This document shows positions 17,837 to 27,255 of a DNA stretch of 64,000 nt, piece by piece. The position numbers and the translations under genes are program-made. Each line of letters begins with the position of its first letter. The stretch's first letter is position 1. The DNA is taken from the IMG/VR virus record IMGVR_UViG_3300010396_000009, positions 11,232 through 75,231 of that record; one strand, given 5' to 3'. The notes beneath the pieces are model-generated. The model saw only the letters and a list, made by a program, of their open reading frames with translations, did not search any database and was not told where the DNA came from. Source of the DNA: a virus.

Positions 17837-19629
17837 GATGATTTGACAATCTCAGGCCACCGTGAGCCAAGCGGATGCGGACACTTCTCAAGAGAATAAA
17901 GAGACTTGTCCTCAACTGGGCAACCGCATTTCGAGCATGCACCGTCGTTTAGTAATGGGCACAGCATGCATGCGTCTAAGCGAGCTTTCTGCAGTTCTTC
18001 TGAGACCTTTTCACCGCCCTTAGTAGCATGTCGCAGCATGGCCTTGCCGTAGTTCCAGGCCTTAACGACCGGGGACGGAAGAGGCAACTTGTCCTCCTCG
18101 CGCTTGGACAGCACTGACATGCCATAGTTATTTTCATAGCTTCGCCACAGAGTCCACTCAGGGTGCTCCTTAACGAAGATGCGAATAGCGTGCAGGAGCC
18201 CAGGACCGCCGTCCTCACCACGCTCGCCAAACCCATTGACGGCCGTATCATGCATCACAATCCACTTATTCACCTTCGTGTGATGCAGATTAAGCTCCGC
18301 CAATAAGTGATCACGTGTATGTCGTGTATCAATGAACAGCATATCGGTCTGCTGAATGTCCGTCATCTCAGAATGACCGATGCGGAAGCGATAGTCTGTC
18401 TTGCCGCGTAGCTTCTCAAAGCCGTCTGCCTCGCGATACCGCTCCTCTGCGTAGCTTACCAGAATCTTCGGCTGCCCGGCTAGCAGGGCCGTGGTCGATA
18501 CGTTATGTCGTTTTCCCCACTCTGTCACATGTTCGCACTGCGATGAGAGCTCCCTCAACAGCCAGCAGTGCTCGTTAATATCATGCGGCGTCCTCGACAC
18601 GTGATCGTATAGCTCCTCAAGCGTCTGTGCTTCTTGCGCTCCGCAAGATGGGCAGGCCGACACTGGAATATTCTGATGCTCCAGCAGCTGCTTCGTCGTA
18701 GGTGTGGGCTCTTTGGTGAGCAGAGACCAGATATGCTCAGTGATTGACGTGAGCTTACGCAGGTCAACGCCGGGCTTCAGATACTCATGATCACCTGCAT
18801 GAGTCCATGATGAGCCATCCTCGTTGATACCCTTCACGAAATGCTTATACGCGCGGTCAAGGGGCAAGCCGAGCTCTCGATGTCCGATAACATAGTTGCG
18901 AGCCTTCTGCAGTGTATTGCTCGGATACGGAGTGGCCTCGCCGCGGAACCGGTGGAGCCACCTGAGCTGTGGTATGCAGATTACGCGATGACCGGCTTGG
19001 CGATACTTCGTGTGAATGTACCACTCCTCACCGCCGAACCCATCCATGGCTCGATTAAACCCTAGCCACGCGTCCTTCCGACAAGAGAATAGGCCGAGAC
19101 CCTGCGCCGGGATCTCAAAAGGCTCACCCGAGCATCTCTGGTCATTGATATCACCGCGATGATCCATCGCCCAGATGCCCCACATGCCGTGTCGCCAAAC
19201 GTCATCGAAGTGTGTGCCGAGTATGTTGCGACGATCGTCATAGATGATCGGCCCGCATATGAGATCGCGAGTATCCCAATGCTCATCATAATACTTCAGC
19301 AGGGACTCCAGGGCACCTCGCTGCAGAATAACGTGCGAATCAACGCACAGCACGTACTCGCCAGCAGCTCGCTTAAACACCTCGTCACGGGGCGCAGCCG
19401 TACCGATTATCTCAGAGAATGGCACATACGCGGCCTTGCCAAAGTCACCCTTGACCTGTGTCTGGATAAAGTTTCGAACGCGCTGCCCCTGTGAGCTGTT
19501 CGGATTGTTATCGACCACCATGAGTTCGCAGTCGCTGAGCAACTCTTGGTGCATTTCTCGCATGCACTGCACTGTGAAATACACGCCGTCGAAGTCGTCA
19601 AAAACGGCCATGCCGATGGTCAAGCGCAT
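17833..19629 (-). CDS. GT2 glycosyltransferase fused to a Methyltransf_24-like domain and a C-terminal Cys-rich zinc-finger-like domain
   Basis: VVDNNP, CVDSHV, GFGGEE (GT2); DMLFIDTRHT, IVMHDT (MTase); RLDACMLCP...CSKCGC...KCP..RW. Confidence 0.8.
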   Translation of the reverse strand: MRLTIGMAVFDDFDGVYFTVQCMREMHQELLSDCELMVVDNNPNSSQGQRVRNFIQTQVKGDFGKAAYVPFSEIIGTAAPRDEVFKRAAGEYVLCVDSHVILQRGALESLLKYYDEHWDTRDLICGPIIYDDRRNILGTHFDDVWRHGMWGIWAMDHRGDINDQRCSGEPFEIPAQGLGLFSCRKDAWLGFNRAMDGFGGEEWYIHTKYRQAGHRVICIPQLRWLHRFRGEATPYPSNTLQKARNYVIGHRELGLPLDRAYKHFVKGINEDGSSWTHAGDHEYLKPGVDLRKLTSITEHIWSLLTKEPTPTTKQLLEHQNIPVSACPSCGAQEAQTLEELYDHVSRTPHDINEHCWLLRELSSQCEHVTEWGKRHNVSTTALLAGQPKILVSYAEERYREADGFEKLRGKTDYRFRIGHSEMTDIQQTDMLFIDTRHTRDHLLAELNLHHTKVNKWIVMHDTAVNGFGERGEDGGPGLLHAIRIFVKEHPEWTLWRSYENNYGMSVLSKREEDKLPLPSPVVKAWNYGKAMLRHATKGGEKVSEELQKARLDACMLCPLLNDGACSKCGCPVEDKSLYSLEKCPHPLGSRWPEIVKSS

Positions 19630-19657
19630 CTAAGATATCTCCTTAACACAGGACAAA

Positions 19658-21547
19658 TTATACGCACTGACAGCTTCCGTATGACAGCTGCCCAGCATAC
19701 GAGCCGTCACCGATGGGCGGCTCGGGTGTGCAGCTGTGCGGACCTACGCATGTGCCAGTGCAATCATTAGTATTCATCTGCCAGAAGTATACACCGAACT
19801 CAAAATCACTCTGAACCCAAATCCATGTAGACGTTCCAAAGCACGAACCGCTCGGCGTCGTAGTCGTAGTCGATGTGGTTGATGTGGTCGATGTTGTCGT
19901 TGTAGTTGTAGTAGACGTGCTCGTCGTCGTTGTGGTTGTGGTGCTCGTCGTAGTAGTGCCGCATGGAGTGCTGCGGCATTCCCCAGATACGTCACCCAAG
20001 CCTTGCGGACCAACATTACACGGGCAGTCACTTGTGCAAGTCGTCGACGACAAGGTCCACGTTGTGCCATTCCATCGCCATAAACACTTTGAATTACTGC
20101 AACCTGGTGTAGTCGTCGTAGTAGTTGTACCACACAAAGACGGCGTAGTAGTGGTCTGTATTGGCGATACGCAGTCTGTTGTTGTATGCGAACCGCACGC
20201 TACGCACGGAACGCTCGGAGCATAGCACACGCACCCAGTGTTAATTGATCCGCCATCAGGAGTAAAATTACAACCTGATAAGATAATCGGATTGCCCGTA
20301 CCCGTCTGGACTATAGTAGAAACGTTAGTCGCGGGATTCCACACCGACCCATCGCACCACCAGACACAATATGCCCCGCAGCAGCCACTTGGGCATCCGC
20401 GATTTGCCGGCGTGGTAGTAGTCTGGCACGGAGTATGAACCGGATCGCATGATGGATTAGCCCCAGGAGTATCTGGCTGATTACACATGTAGCATCCCTG
20501 CTGCGCATTGCAGTCCAGGGCGCCGTGAGGCTGCCACGATACGCCATCCCACATCCAATTGCAACCAGAGCACCCAGTCCCACCTCCAGTCGTCGTACCG
20601 CACGTCGTCGTGGATGACGTCCCGCCACAGTATGGCTGAGGAGGCACTCCGGCAGCAGACGGTACGCAGTCAGTCTGAGCTGAGCTACATGTTCCATCAC
20701 CGCAGAAATTAGGCTTTAGGCACTGACAACCGGGAGTAGTAGTCGTAGACGTAGTAGATGTTGTGGTGGTGGACGTTGTGGTGTTAAGGCACGGCACGCA
20801 CCCACTTGGCGTAGTAGTGGTCGTAGTCGTGCCGCCGGTGGTGGTCGTAGTTGAAGTCGTCGACGTAGTGGTAGTTGTATTGCAGTTATTAGTCGTCAGT
20901 GTCCATACAAGGTTCACTGCGTCCCACGACCAGATGCACGTGCCAGCACACTTATAAGTATCATGTGGCGTAGTGGTACCATACACTGGTGGACCTGGCG
21001 TAGTAGTGCCGCCGCCCTGATTCGCCAGCACACCGATTCTACCAGAGTCTACTTCAGGTTGACACTCAGCATATAGCAGCTGATGCGGAACAGTACCCGG
21101 CACCATGTAGTCGCCGACTATTCCGAGGGTTTGCAAGAATGCGATAGTCCCCTTGGACCTCACGACAACTGGCTCATAAGGCGTGATTAGCTTTATCCAG
21201 CCAAACTCACCTGGGCACAGCTGATATGCCTCATTGCCGCCATACTGCGAGGCATCTGCCGTCGCTAGCCTAACCTTAAAGTAAAAGTCTACGCCGCCTG
21301 GCTCAGCATCATAGATTTCTACGATGCCGTATGGGCACACGATGTCATCAGATTTGCACGGCCACCAGAGCTGCCGCTGCCAGGTAGTCTTTTTCTGTAC
21401 TGCGCCGTGTTGATCTTGCAGCGTGTTTGGACCCAGCGGATTGCCATGATCTGACGCAGCATCGACCATCGCATTGAACGTACCGACGTCGATAGACTTA
21501 TCACGCAGAGCAGCTCGTATCAAGTTAGCTCGTGATCTCGTGATCAT
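19658..21547 (-). CDS. Distal tail/adhesin-like protein with Cys/Trp-rich modules separated by poly-Thr linkers
   Basis: Second gene after the tape measure; five C..C-x-W-x-W modules and several Thr/Ser runs. Confidence 0.7.
   Translation of the reverse strand: MITRSRANLIRAALRDKSIDVGTFNAMVDAASDHGNPLGPNTLQDQHGAVQKKTTWQRQLWWPCKSDDIVCPYGIVEIYDAEPGGVDFYFKVRLATADASQYGGNEAYQLCPGEFGWIKLITPYEPVVVRSKGTIAFLQTLGIVGDYMVPGTVPHQLLYAECQPEVDSGRIGVLANQGGGTTTPGPPVYGTTTPHDTYKCAGTCIWSWDAVNLVWTLTTNNCNTTTTTSTTSTTTTTGGTTTTTTTPSGCVPCLNTTTSTTTTSTTSTTTTPGCQCLKPNFCGDGTCSSAQTDCVPSAAGVPPQPYCGGTSSTTTCGTTTGGGTGCSGCNWMWDGVSWQPHGALDCNAQQGCYMCNQPDTPGANPSCDPVHTPCQTTTTPANRGCPSGCCGAYCVWWCDGSVWNPATNVSTIVQTGTGNPIILSGCNFTPDGGSINTGCVCYAPSVPCVACGSHTTTDCVSPIQTTTTPSLCGTTTTTTTPGCSNSKCLWRWNGTTWTLSSTTCTSDCPCNVGPQGLGDVSGECRSTPCGTTTTSTTTTTTTSTSTTTTTTTSTTSTTSTTTTTPSGSCFGTSTWIWVQSDFEFGVYFWQMNTNDCTGTCVGPHSCTPEPPIGDGSYAGQLSYGSCQCV
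19855..20880. repeat. Degenerate (GTN)n trinucleotide tracts encoding poly-Thr
   Basis: gtagtcgtagtc... tracts at about 19855-19960, 20105-20155 and 20735-20880. Confidence 0.85.
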
Positions 21548-22338
21548 GGCAAGTACGGGCTCTGCGGGTTTAGGATATTGGCGAACGAAGCTGGTGGATA
21601 GTTCTTAAATGCTGTTCCTGATCCAGCGAAGGATATCTGCTCCCATTGCTGAGTCTTGGTGCGAAAATAGCTATTCCAACCCTGTGGTTGAAAGTTAAAT
21701 CTCTTCGTAAGATCGTACTGCGTATCACCCACTGAGTTATACTTCATATGAATGACAGGCGGATTGAACAGCAGCGACTCCGCTGGAGCGACGAACCCAG
21801 GGAGCAGGCCACTGATAAACTCTGAATCGTTGACACTACCAACAAGGTTGTACAGGTCTGAGTTGATCGCGTCTGGAGACACGAACATCTCATTACGCAC
21901 AAAATTACAAGATCTCTTGATCCAGCCCGGCGCCTCATCTTCAGTGATCAGATCTCCACTGGGGAACCAGCGGAAAAACTGATACGGCATCGGCACAAAC
22001 TCTGCAATGGGCTCGATCTCTTCAGTGATGATCTCGACACGCTTAGTCGAGTATCGAATCGTCACTAGAGCTGTGCCAGGATTGATCATCTGCCCGGTAG
22101 CAGAGCCTACGTCATCCCATGGCTCGATGCCGGCGCCGTACGCTGTAGGAATGAGAGATGCAGAACCTTTTGGCCAGGCACGGTGATTTGACAATATGTC
22201 AGACGCGAGCCTGTGTCTATCTGTATAGGCGCAGAATAACTGCACAGTCGCGCTCATCAGACCGCGCTCGTCATCATACTCTTCGCGCGCAGTGCCGAAG
22301 CGCTCATAGCAAGTTACGCTAGAATATTCATTGGCCAT
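21544..22338 (-). CDS. Tail tip/distal tail protein (putative)
   Basis: Immediately downstream of the tape measure; beta-rich. Confidence 0.55.
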   Translation of the reverse strand: MANEYSSVTCYERFGTAREEYDDERGLMSATVQLFCAYTDRHRLASDILSNHRAWPKGSASLIPTAYGAGIEPWDDVGSATGQMINPGTALVTIRYSTKRVEIITEEIEPIAEFVPMPYQFFRWFPSGDLITEDEAPGWIKRSCNFVRNEMFVSPDAINSDLYNLVGSVNDSEFISGLLPGFVAPAESLLFNPPVIHMKYNSVGDTQYDLTKRFNFQPQGWNSYFRTKTQQWEQISFAGSGTAFKNYPPASFANILNPQSPYLP

Positions 22339-22341
22339 TTG

Positions 22342-24687
22342 TTAACCAGCGTTCATCGCTCGGCCCATGTTGAATATCTCACCGTTCGGATTGTCGAACG
22401 CTGCTCGAATTCTCTTAGCGTCACCAATAGTGGCGATCAAGTCGTTATGATGCTCTTCATCTTGCTTCATCTTGGCATCATTAAGCTCTTTCATAAGCTC
22501 TGATTGCTTTTCAGTAGCCTCTACCTCAGGTGATTTAGCAGCTGCTTGCTGTATACGACGATTGAGGGCCATCAGGTCCTCAATACCGACATTGGCTCCG
22601 CTGCCATGCTCATGCTCTTTCTTTTTCTTTTCGCTAGGCCAATCAAAGCCAAATGGAGGCTCCTCTGTTTCATTGCCACCGGGTCCAAAGTTGATTATGT
22701 CACGAAGTTTCTCGCGCCACTTCTCAAGCTCCTTTTGATCTACGCCAAGATTAGCGCCGAACTTATTCTTGAACCCGTCAAATGCCTTGTCGAAGTCTCC
22801 GCCCAGACCCTTAGCATCTGCTCGCAGGTCTGTGATGATCTTGTTTATGTCGGGCATCCCGACACCAGCGAACGCTGCGTTGAACTTATCCTTGATATCA
22901 GCCGCGGCAGCAGCAGCCTTGTCCCTTGCTGTGCCAAACGCTTTGCCAACCTTATCCATCGCGTCAAAGGCGGGCTTCATGGCATCATTGATCTTAATGC
23001 GAACTACGTTCATCACAGTAAAGCCGAGCATCCTCAGATACTCAAAGATCTGGCCGAATATTGAATCAGCACCCTCCTCGATGCCGCCAAACATTTCTGA
23101 GAACGCGTTGAGCCACCCTTTGCATACTGTTATGACTAGCGTCGATAGCAGCGTAAATGATCCGCTGAAAAAGTCAACCCAGTTGCTGATGGCGAATACG
23201 GCGAAGTCAAATATCGCCTTAAACACCGTTGTGAACACTACATAAAATGGCTTCAGCATCATGGCGATGGTGTTAAAAGCGACCTTAGCGACGAACACCA
23301 TAAAGTCCCACTCAGCCTTGGTAGTAGCTTTTATGATTGACCAGCTCAGCGAGACAGCCTCAACGTAGGTCTGCCACATACCGATCAGCATCACCACCGC
23401 GAATGTAACAGCACCGATCGCTACGGCGACCCAGTCAAGCACGTGCTTTCCGATATTCTCCCACACCCACTCGGACGCCGCCATGATCGCGTCCCACGCG
23501 CTGAGCGCTAGGTTTACGACTACATTAAACGCAGCCTGAGCTAACTCTACGAGTGGTTGAATAGCTGCTGCGATCTGCTTCCAGGCTCCAACTGCCATGT
23601 CGGCTAGCTCAAGCATTTTCTCGAGCACATAGGCCATCACCTCGAGCGCGAGCATCTTTGCGCCTGTCCAGATCATTGCCCACGTAGTGCCCCAGTTCTG
23701 CACTGCAGTCTGCAGCACGGCAAAGACCTTAACGCCGTAGCTTAGCAAGACCTCACCCCACTCCTTAGCCACCTCGATTGCCTTATCAAATGCATCACCG
23801 ATAAAATCACCACCCTGAGACGCCTGATCCACTAGGTAATGAACAACCTTGGCAACCTTCTCCATAATCGGGATGAGCTTATTGGTCAGGGTAGGAGCCA
23901 GCAGGCTGCCAATGGTCCTGTAGATGTCATCGAAGATGTTATTCAGGCGCTCCAGCGCGCCCCACAAAGTATTGGCCTGATTCTCAGCAGCACCGTGATA
24001 TTGCTCACTGAGCTTAGCGAGAATCATTCGCTGAAGGCCCATCATGTCGTTCGCCTTCTCCATGGCCTCGATCATGCGAAGCTGCTGCTCAGTAAACTTC
24101 GTACCGCTCTGCGCCAGGTCCTTGAGCCCCTCGATTGGATCCTGCAGCAGCTTGCCGTAGTGCTCGGCTGCTGAGCTTAATGATCCGCCCATCGTCGCAG
24201 CGAAGTCCATGGCCGACTTAATAGCGTCCTTGAACACATCGCCACGCACATTGCGAAACTGCAATAGCGTCAGCTGAGCTGCTCGTATCGCGTCCTGGCC
24301 ATTGACCGAGATTCCCTTCAGAGCGTCGCTCATCTGCTCAAGACCATTGAGCGTGTACCCGACACTGTGACCCATCGCGTGAATCATGTTGCCCAGCTGA
24401 TCAATATCGCGGGTCATCTCGATGAAGTTCTGGGTGCCCTTTTTAATGTTAGCCCAGATATCATTAAAACCCTGCTCTATGATCTCGGTAACGGCCTGCC
24501 ATGCGGAGGCGACCATTCCACCAACTTCGCGGATCGCGTCGCCAGCCTTCTGCCACGTTGACTCGGCGACGGACGCAGACTGCTCAATGTGCTCGCCGAA
24601 CTCGTCAAACAGCTGCTCGCTCTCGCCGAGGGCCTCCTCGAGGTCATCGTAGTCGCCGCCTATCTCGATTGACGACTTGTCAGCCAT
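22342..24687 (-). CDS. Tail tape measure protein
   Basis: Ala-rich helical protein, GKLLQDPIEGLKDL..SGTKFT motif, periodic Trp/Phe repeats, follows the chaperone. Confidence 0.9.
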   Translation of the reverse strand: MADKSSIEIGGDYDDLEEALGESEQLFDEFGEHIEQSASVAESTWQKAGDAIREVGGMVASAWQAVTEIIEQGFNDIWANIKKGTQNFIEMTRDIDQLGNMIHAMGHSVGYTLNGLEQMSDALKGISVNGQDAIRAAQLTLLQFRNVRGDVFKDAIKSAMDFAATMGGSLSSAAEHYGKLLQDPIEGLKDLAQSGTKFTEQQLRMIEAMEKANDMMGLQRMILAKLSEQYHGAAENQANTLWGALERLNNIFDDIYRTIGSLLAPTLTNKLIPIMEKVAKVVHYLVDQASQGGDFIGDAFDKAIEVAKEWGEVLLSYGVKVFAVLQTAVQNWGTTWAMIWTGAKMLALEVMAYVLEKMLELADMAVGAWKQIAAAIQPLVELAQAAFNVVVNLALSAWDAIMAASEWVWENIGKHVLDWVAVAIGAVTFAVVMLIGMWQTYVEAVSLSWSIIKATTKAEWDFMVFVAKVAFNTIAMMLKPFYVVFTTVFKAIFDFAVFAISNWVDFFSGSFTLLSTLVITVCKGWLNAFSEMFGGIEEGADSIFGQIFEYLRMLGFTVMNVVRIKINDAMKPAFDAMDKVGKAFGTARDKAAAAAADIKDKFNAAFAGVGMPDINKIITDLRADAKGLGGDFDKAFDGFKNKFGANLGVDQKELEKWREKLRDIINFGPGGNETEEPPFGFDWPSEKKKKEHEHGSGANVGIEDLMALNRRIQQAAAKSPEVEATEKQSELMKELNDAKMKQDEEHHNDLIATIGDAKRIRAAFDNPNGEIFNMGRAMNAG

Positions 24688-25345
24688 TTGCTGTATTCCT
24701 CTTCCGTGGCGAACTCAACTACTGGGCTAGTCTCTTTGTGATCCTCGAGAGCGTGCTCCCACTGAATTGGGGTCATCCTTGCGATCGTGTCGTAGGTCCA
24801 CCCCTTGTACTTGTCTAGCAGCCTGGCGTAGACTTCTTTCTTGGTTATTGTTCTTGGGTCTCGCTCACCTCTTTTGGGGTCCCGTCTTGCTGGGCCCCGT
24901 CCTCCTTGTCTTTGTCTTTCTTCCTGAGTCGCTCAGGCATATTGAGATCAGAAAAAATTCTTGCGAATTCCTTGATTGACTCACCATCGGGTTTTCCATC
25001 ATCGCGAAACAAGAGCTTCTTGCACTGCTCGGCAGTCATTCGCGGATGCTCGCGCTTCAAGCTCTGATAGAGCATGCGGCACTGACCCTCTGGTCCAGAG
25101 AGCTCTCGCAGCCCGCGACCGGTCATCAGATCAATCTTTGATGCTTCGCGAACCGCGGCGCCGACGACCTCATCCCTGCTCTCCTGATCCATGTCGGGAG
25201 TGAGAGAATTACGAGCGATCTTGATGAGCCGAGACCTGAGCCAGTTGTTCAGCTCATCCCAGTCACGATCGGAAAGAGGGGAGATATTGTAATCGACACC
25301 CTTCAGTGTCAGGGGCGCCGAGGCCGCAGAAATGCTAGGCGGCAT
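24660..25345 (-). CDS. Tail assembly chaperone G (25345-24845) and G-T by -1 frameshift at C CCA AAA (24878-24872)
   Basis: Slippery heptamer near the G end; -1 frame reads RGERDPRTITKKEVYARLLDKYKGWTYDTIARMTPIQW...SRQSR*, ending at 24660. Confidence 0.8.
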
Positions 25346-25373
25346 TTAAGTCTCCGCAAGAGGACAATAAAAC

Positions 25374-26255
25374 TTAGGACTGAGCAACCGGCCACCAGGT
25401 GGTGAGGTCCGGTAGCTTAATAGAACCGAGTGATCCATCAGCAGTCAGCACTCCGTTGAATTCTGTATTAACAGTCTGCTGAAGGATCTTCGCCGTTTCG
25501 CGATCAACCTGGATTCCAGTAAAATCTTTCACCTGAGCCCACTTAAGCTCCCAAAACGTAGTCGCATCGACGTACAATCGAACGGCGATATCATCGCCCT
25601 TATTAAATCTAGAGCGGTTCAAGTTCTGCTCGACGACCGATAGGGTGCAGTCCATGTTGCCGGATTTGCGACCCTTCCACAGGTGATTAACCCCCGCCGC
25701 GGCGACAATAGTGCTCGAGTTAACGTACTCCTGCACCTCGTTAGTGATAGTCAACGTGGCTGATGCCACATCTGACCACGTCGTAAATGACGTCCACGGT
25801 GACACGGTCGCGTAGCTCAGGCTGCCGAGCGCGATCGGTGGAATCGTCGGCGTGCTGACATCCAGATAAACAGCCCCGCTGACGCCCTGCGATGTGAGAT
25901 TTAGATGACCATCGAAATCGATGGCCATATTGATCATCTCACCGCCTTCGAAGTTCCAGTTCACGACGAGCTGCCTGACGATGGCAGTGCCCGAGTATTC
26001 AATACCGGCACCATATGCATCATTATCCGGTGCAGTGTAACCCTGAAATGTGAATGAGTCGCCGGGCATTACTGTTGGCTGCTTACCGTACTGGGCGAAG
26101 CTTCCAGTCCACTCCTCAACACCGCGTCGGCGGAAAGGACCAAACGCTGTGTTGGACGCTACGCCCTTGGCCAGCGTCTGGGAGTCGTTGATTGACCAGT
26201 TGCGAACCGTGGACTGGTTGTTGACCACGCCGAACTTGCCGCTGTGAACAGCCAT
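25374..26255 (-). CDS. Major tail tube protein
   Basis: Position before the chaperone; beta-rich; N-terminus MAVHSGKFG. Confidence 0.7.
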   Translation of the reverse strand: MAVHSGKFGVVNNQSTVRNWSINDSQTLAKGVASNTAFGPFRRRGVEEWTGSFAQYGKQPTVMPGDSFTFQGYTAPDNDAYGAGIEYSGTAIVRQLVVNWNFEGGEMINMAIDFDGHLNLTSQGVSGAVYLDVSTPTIPPIALGSLSYATVSPWTSFTTWSDVASATLTITNEVQEYVNSSTIVAAAGVNHLWKGRKSGNMDCTLSVVEQNLNRSRFNKGDDIAVRLYVDATTFWELKWAQVKDFTGIQVDRETAKILQQTVNTEFNGVLTADGSLGSIKLPDLTTWWPVAQS

Positions 26256-26256
26256 A

Positions 26257-26778
26257 TTATGCTCCGCTATTTTGCGTGATCAGGTCATCTGTCTTGAACC
26301 ACATCTCAACCTCGCAGCCCCATATCGAGCTAAAGCCGCGAATTCCCCTATTTTTCTCGGAGTCAGTGAGAAGAACACTGCCCGTGATAAAGTCATAGCG
26401 CTTGACGAAGGGCTGACCGCTCCACTTGAGCAAAGGAAGAACATTCTTCCAGTTCGCCATAGCGCACCAGATCGCCCACGTCACTGGTAATATACCTCGA
26501 ATGACGTTAACGTCACCAGTCGAGATCCACCACTCGTAGTTGAACACAAGCTTCGAGGCGGTCGAGTTACCCTGAAGATTAGCCTGAGACTGATTGGCGA
26601 CGAGAGTCACCTCGGGCACATCTGTCGTCGAGATCTCGATCTTGTCCGGCGGTATGAAGCTCTGCTTATTGAATTTTATCCTATTGCCCTGCTTTACCAG
26701 TGACTGGAAATAGGCTGATCCCTCCACGAGACCCCAGAGGGCATCATACACCTGAGCTGGAGGACACTCCTCAGCCAC
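26257..26778 (-). CDS. Tail terminator/completion protein (putative)
   Basis: Synteny between neck and tube genes. Confidence 0.5.
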   Translation of the reverse strand: MAEECPPAQVYDALWGLVEGSAYFQSLVKQGNRIKFNKQSFIPPDKIEISTTDVPEVTLVANQSQANLQGNSTASKLVFNYEWWISTGDVNVIRGILPVTWAIWCAMANWKNVLPLLKWSGQPFVKRYDFITGSVLLTDSEKNRGIRGFSSIWGCEVEMWFKTDDLITQNSGA

Positions 26779-27250
26779 GGAGCACCTCCGTGAACGTTTT
26801 CTTGGCAGCTTTCTTCATGTCCTTGATCGACTGGTCGTCGGGCTCGACGAGGATTTTTCTTTCAGGGTTATTGCCTAGGCCCTGCTGATGAATCTCGGCA
26901 AGGTCAGCCACTGGCATGTTAGCGGTCGGGTGATGAATCGTGGACCTGAAACCAAAGACCATTGACCTTGACGTGACCCTGATCACATCGATGATCGCTG
27001 ATAGCTTTAGGCGCAGGAACCTAGTGTCTACCAGGATGCGCCTATGACCCTTTTTCTTCGCTCTCTTATCAGAGATTGGCTTCCAGTTTCCTCCGCCAAG
27101 CGAAAACAAGGTGAACCTCTTCACGATAAAGGCCCGGTAGAGATCTGCCCAGCTTCGCTGAACATCCTTTACCGGGCCTTGCTTCGCTTGAATATCGCGC
27201 CGTAGCTTTCGCATCCGGCGAAGATCAGTCTTAACTCGAACCCTGATCAT
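26771..27250 (-). CDS. Virion morphogenesis/neck protein (Mu gpG-like)
   Basis: WKPIS...ILVDT...AEIHQQG..NPERKIL; probable start MIRVRVK at 27250. Confidence 0.65.
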   Translation of the reverse strand: MIRVRVKTDLRRMRKLRRDIQAKQGPVKDVQRSWADLYRAFIVKRFTLFSLGGGNWKPISDKRAKKKGHRRILVDTRFLRLKLSAIIDVIRVTSRSMVFGFRSTIHHPTANMPVADLAEIHQQGLGNNPERKILVEPDDQSIKDMKKAAKKTFTEVLRG

Positions 27251-27255
27251 TCGTG

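Noticed and set aside
19875-20957. Plus-strand poly-Val ORFs
   Set aside because: Antisense shadows of the poly-Thr codons.
19658-21547. Diversity-generating retroelement target or CRISPR-like repeats
   Set aside because: No reverse transcriptase, no TR/VR pair and no regularly spaced identical repeats; the repeats are coding low-complexity.
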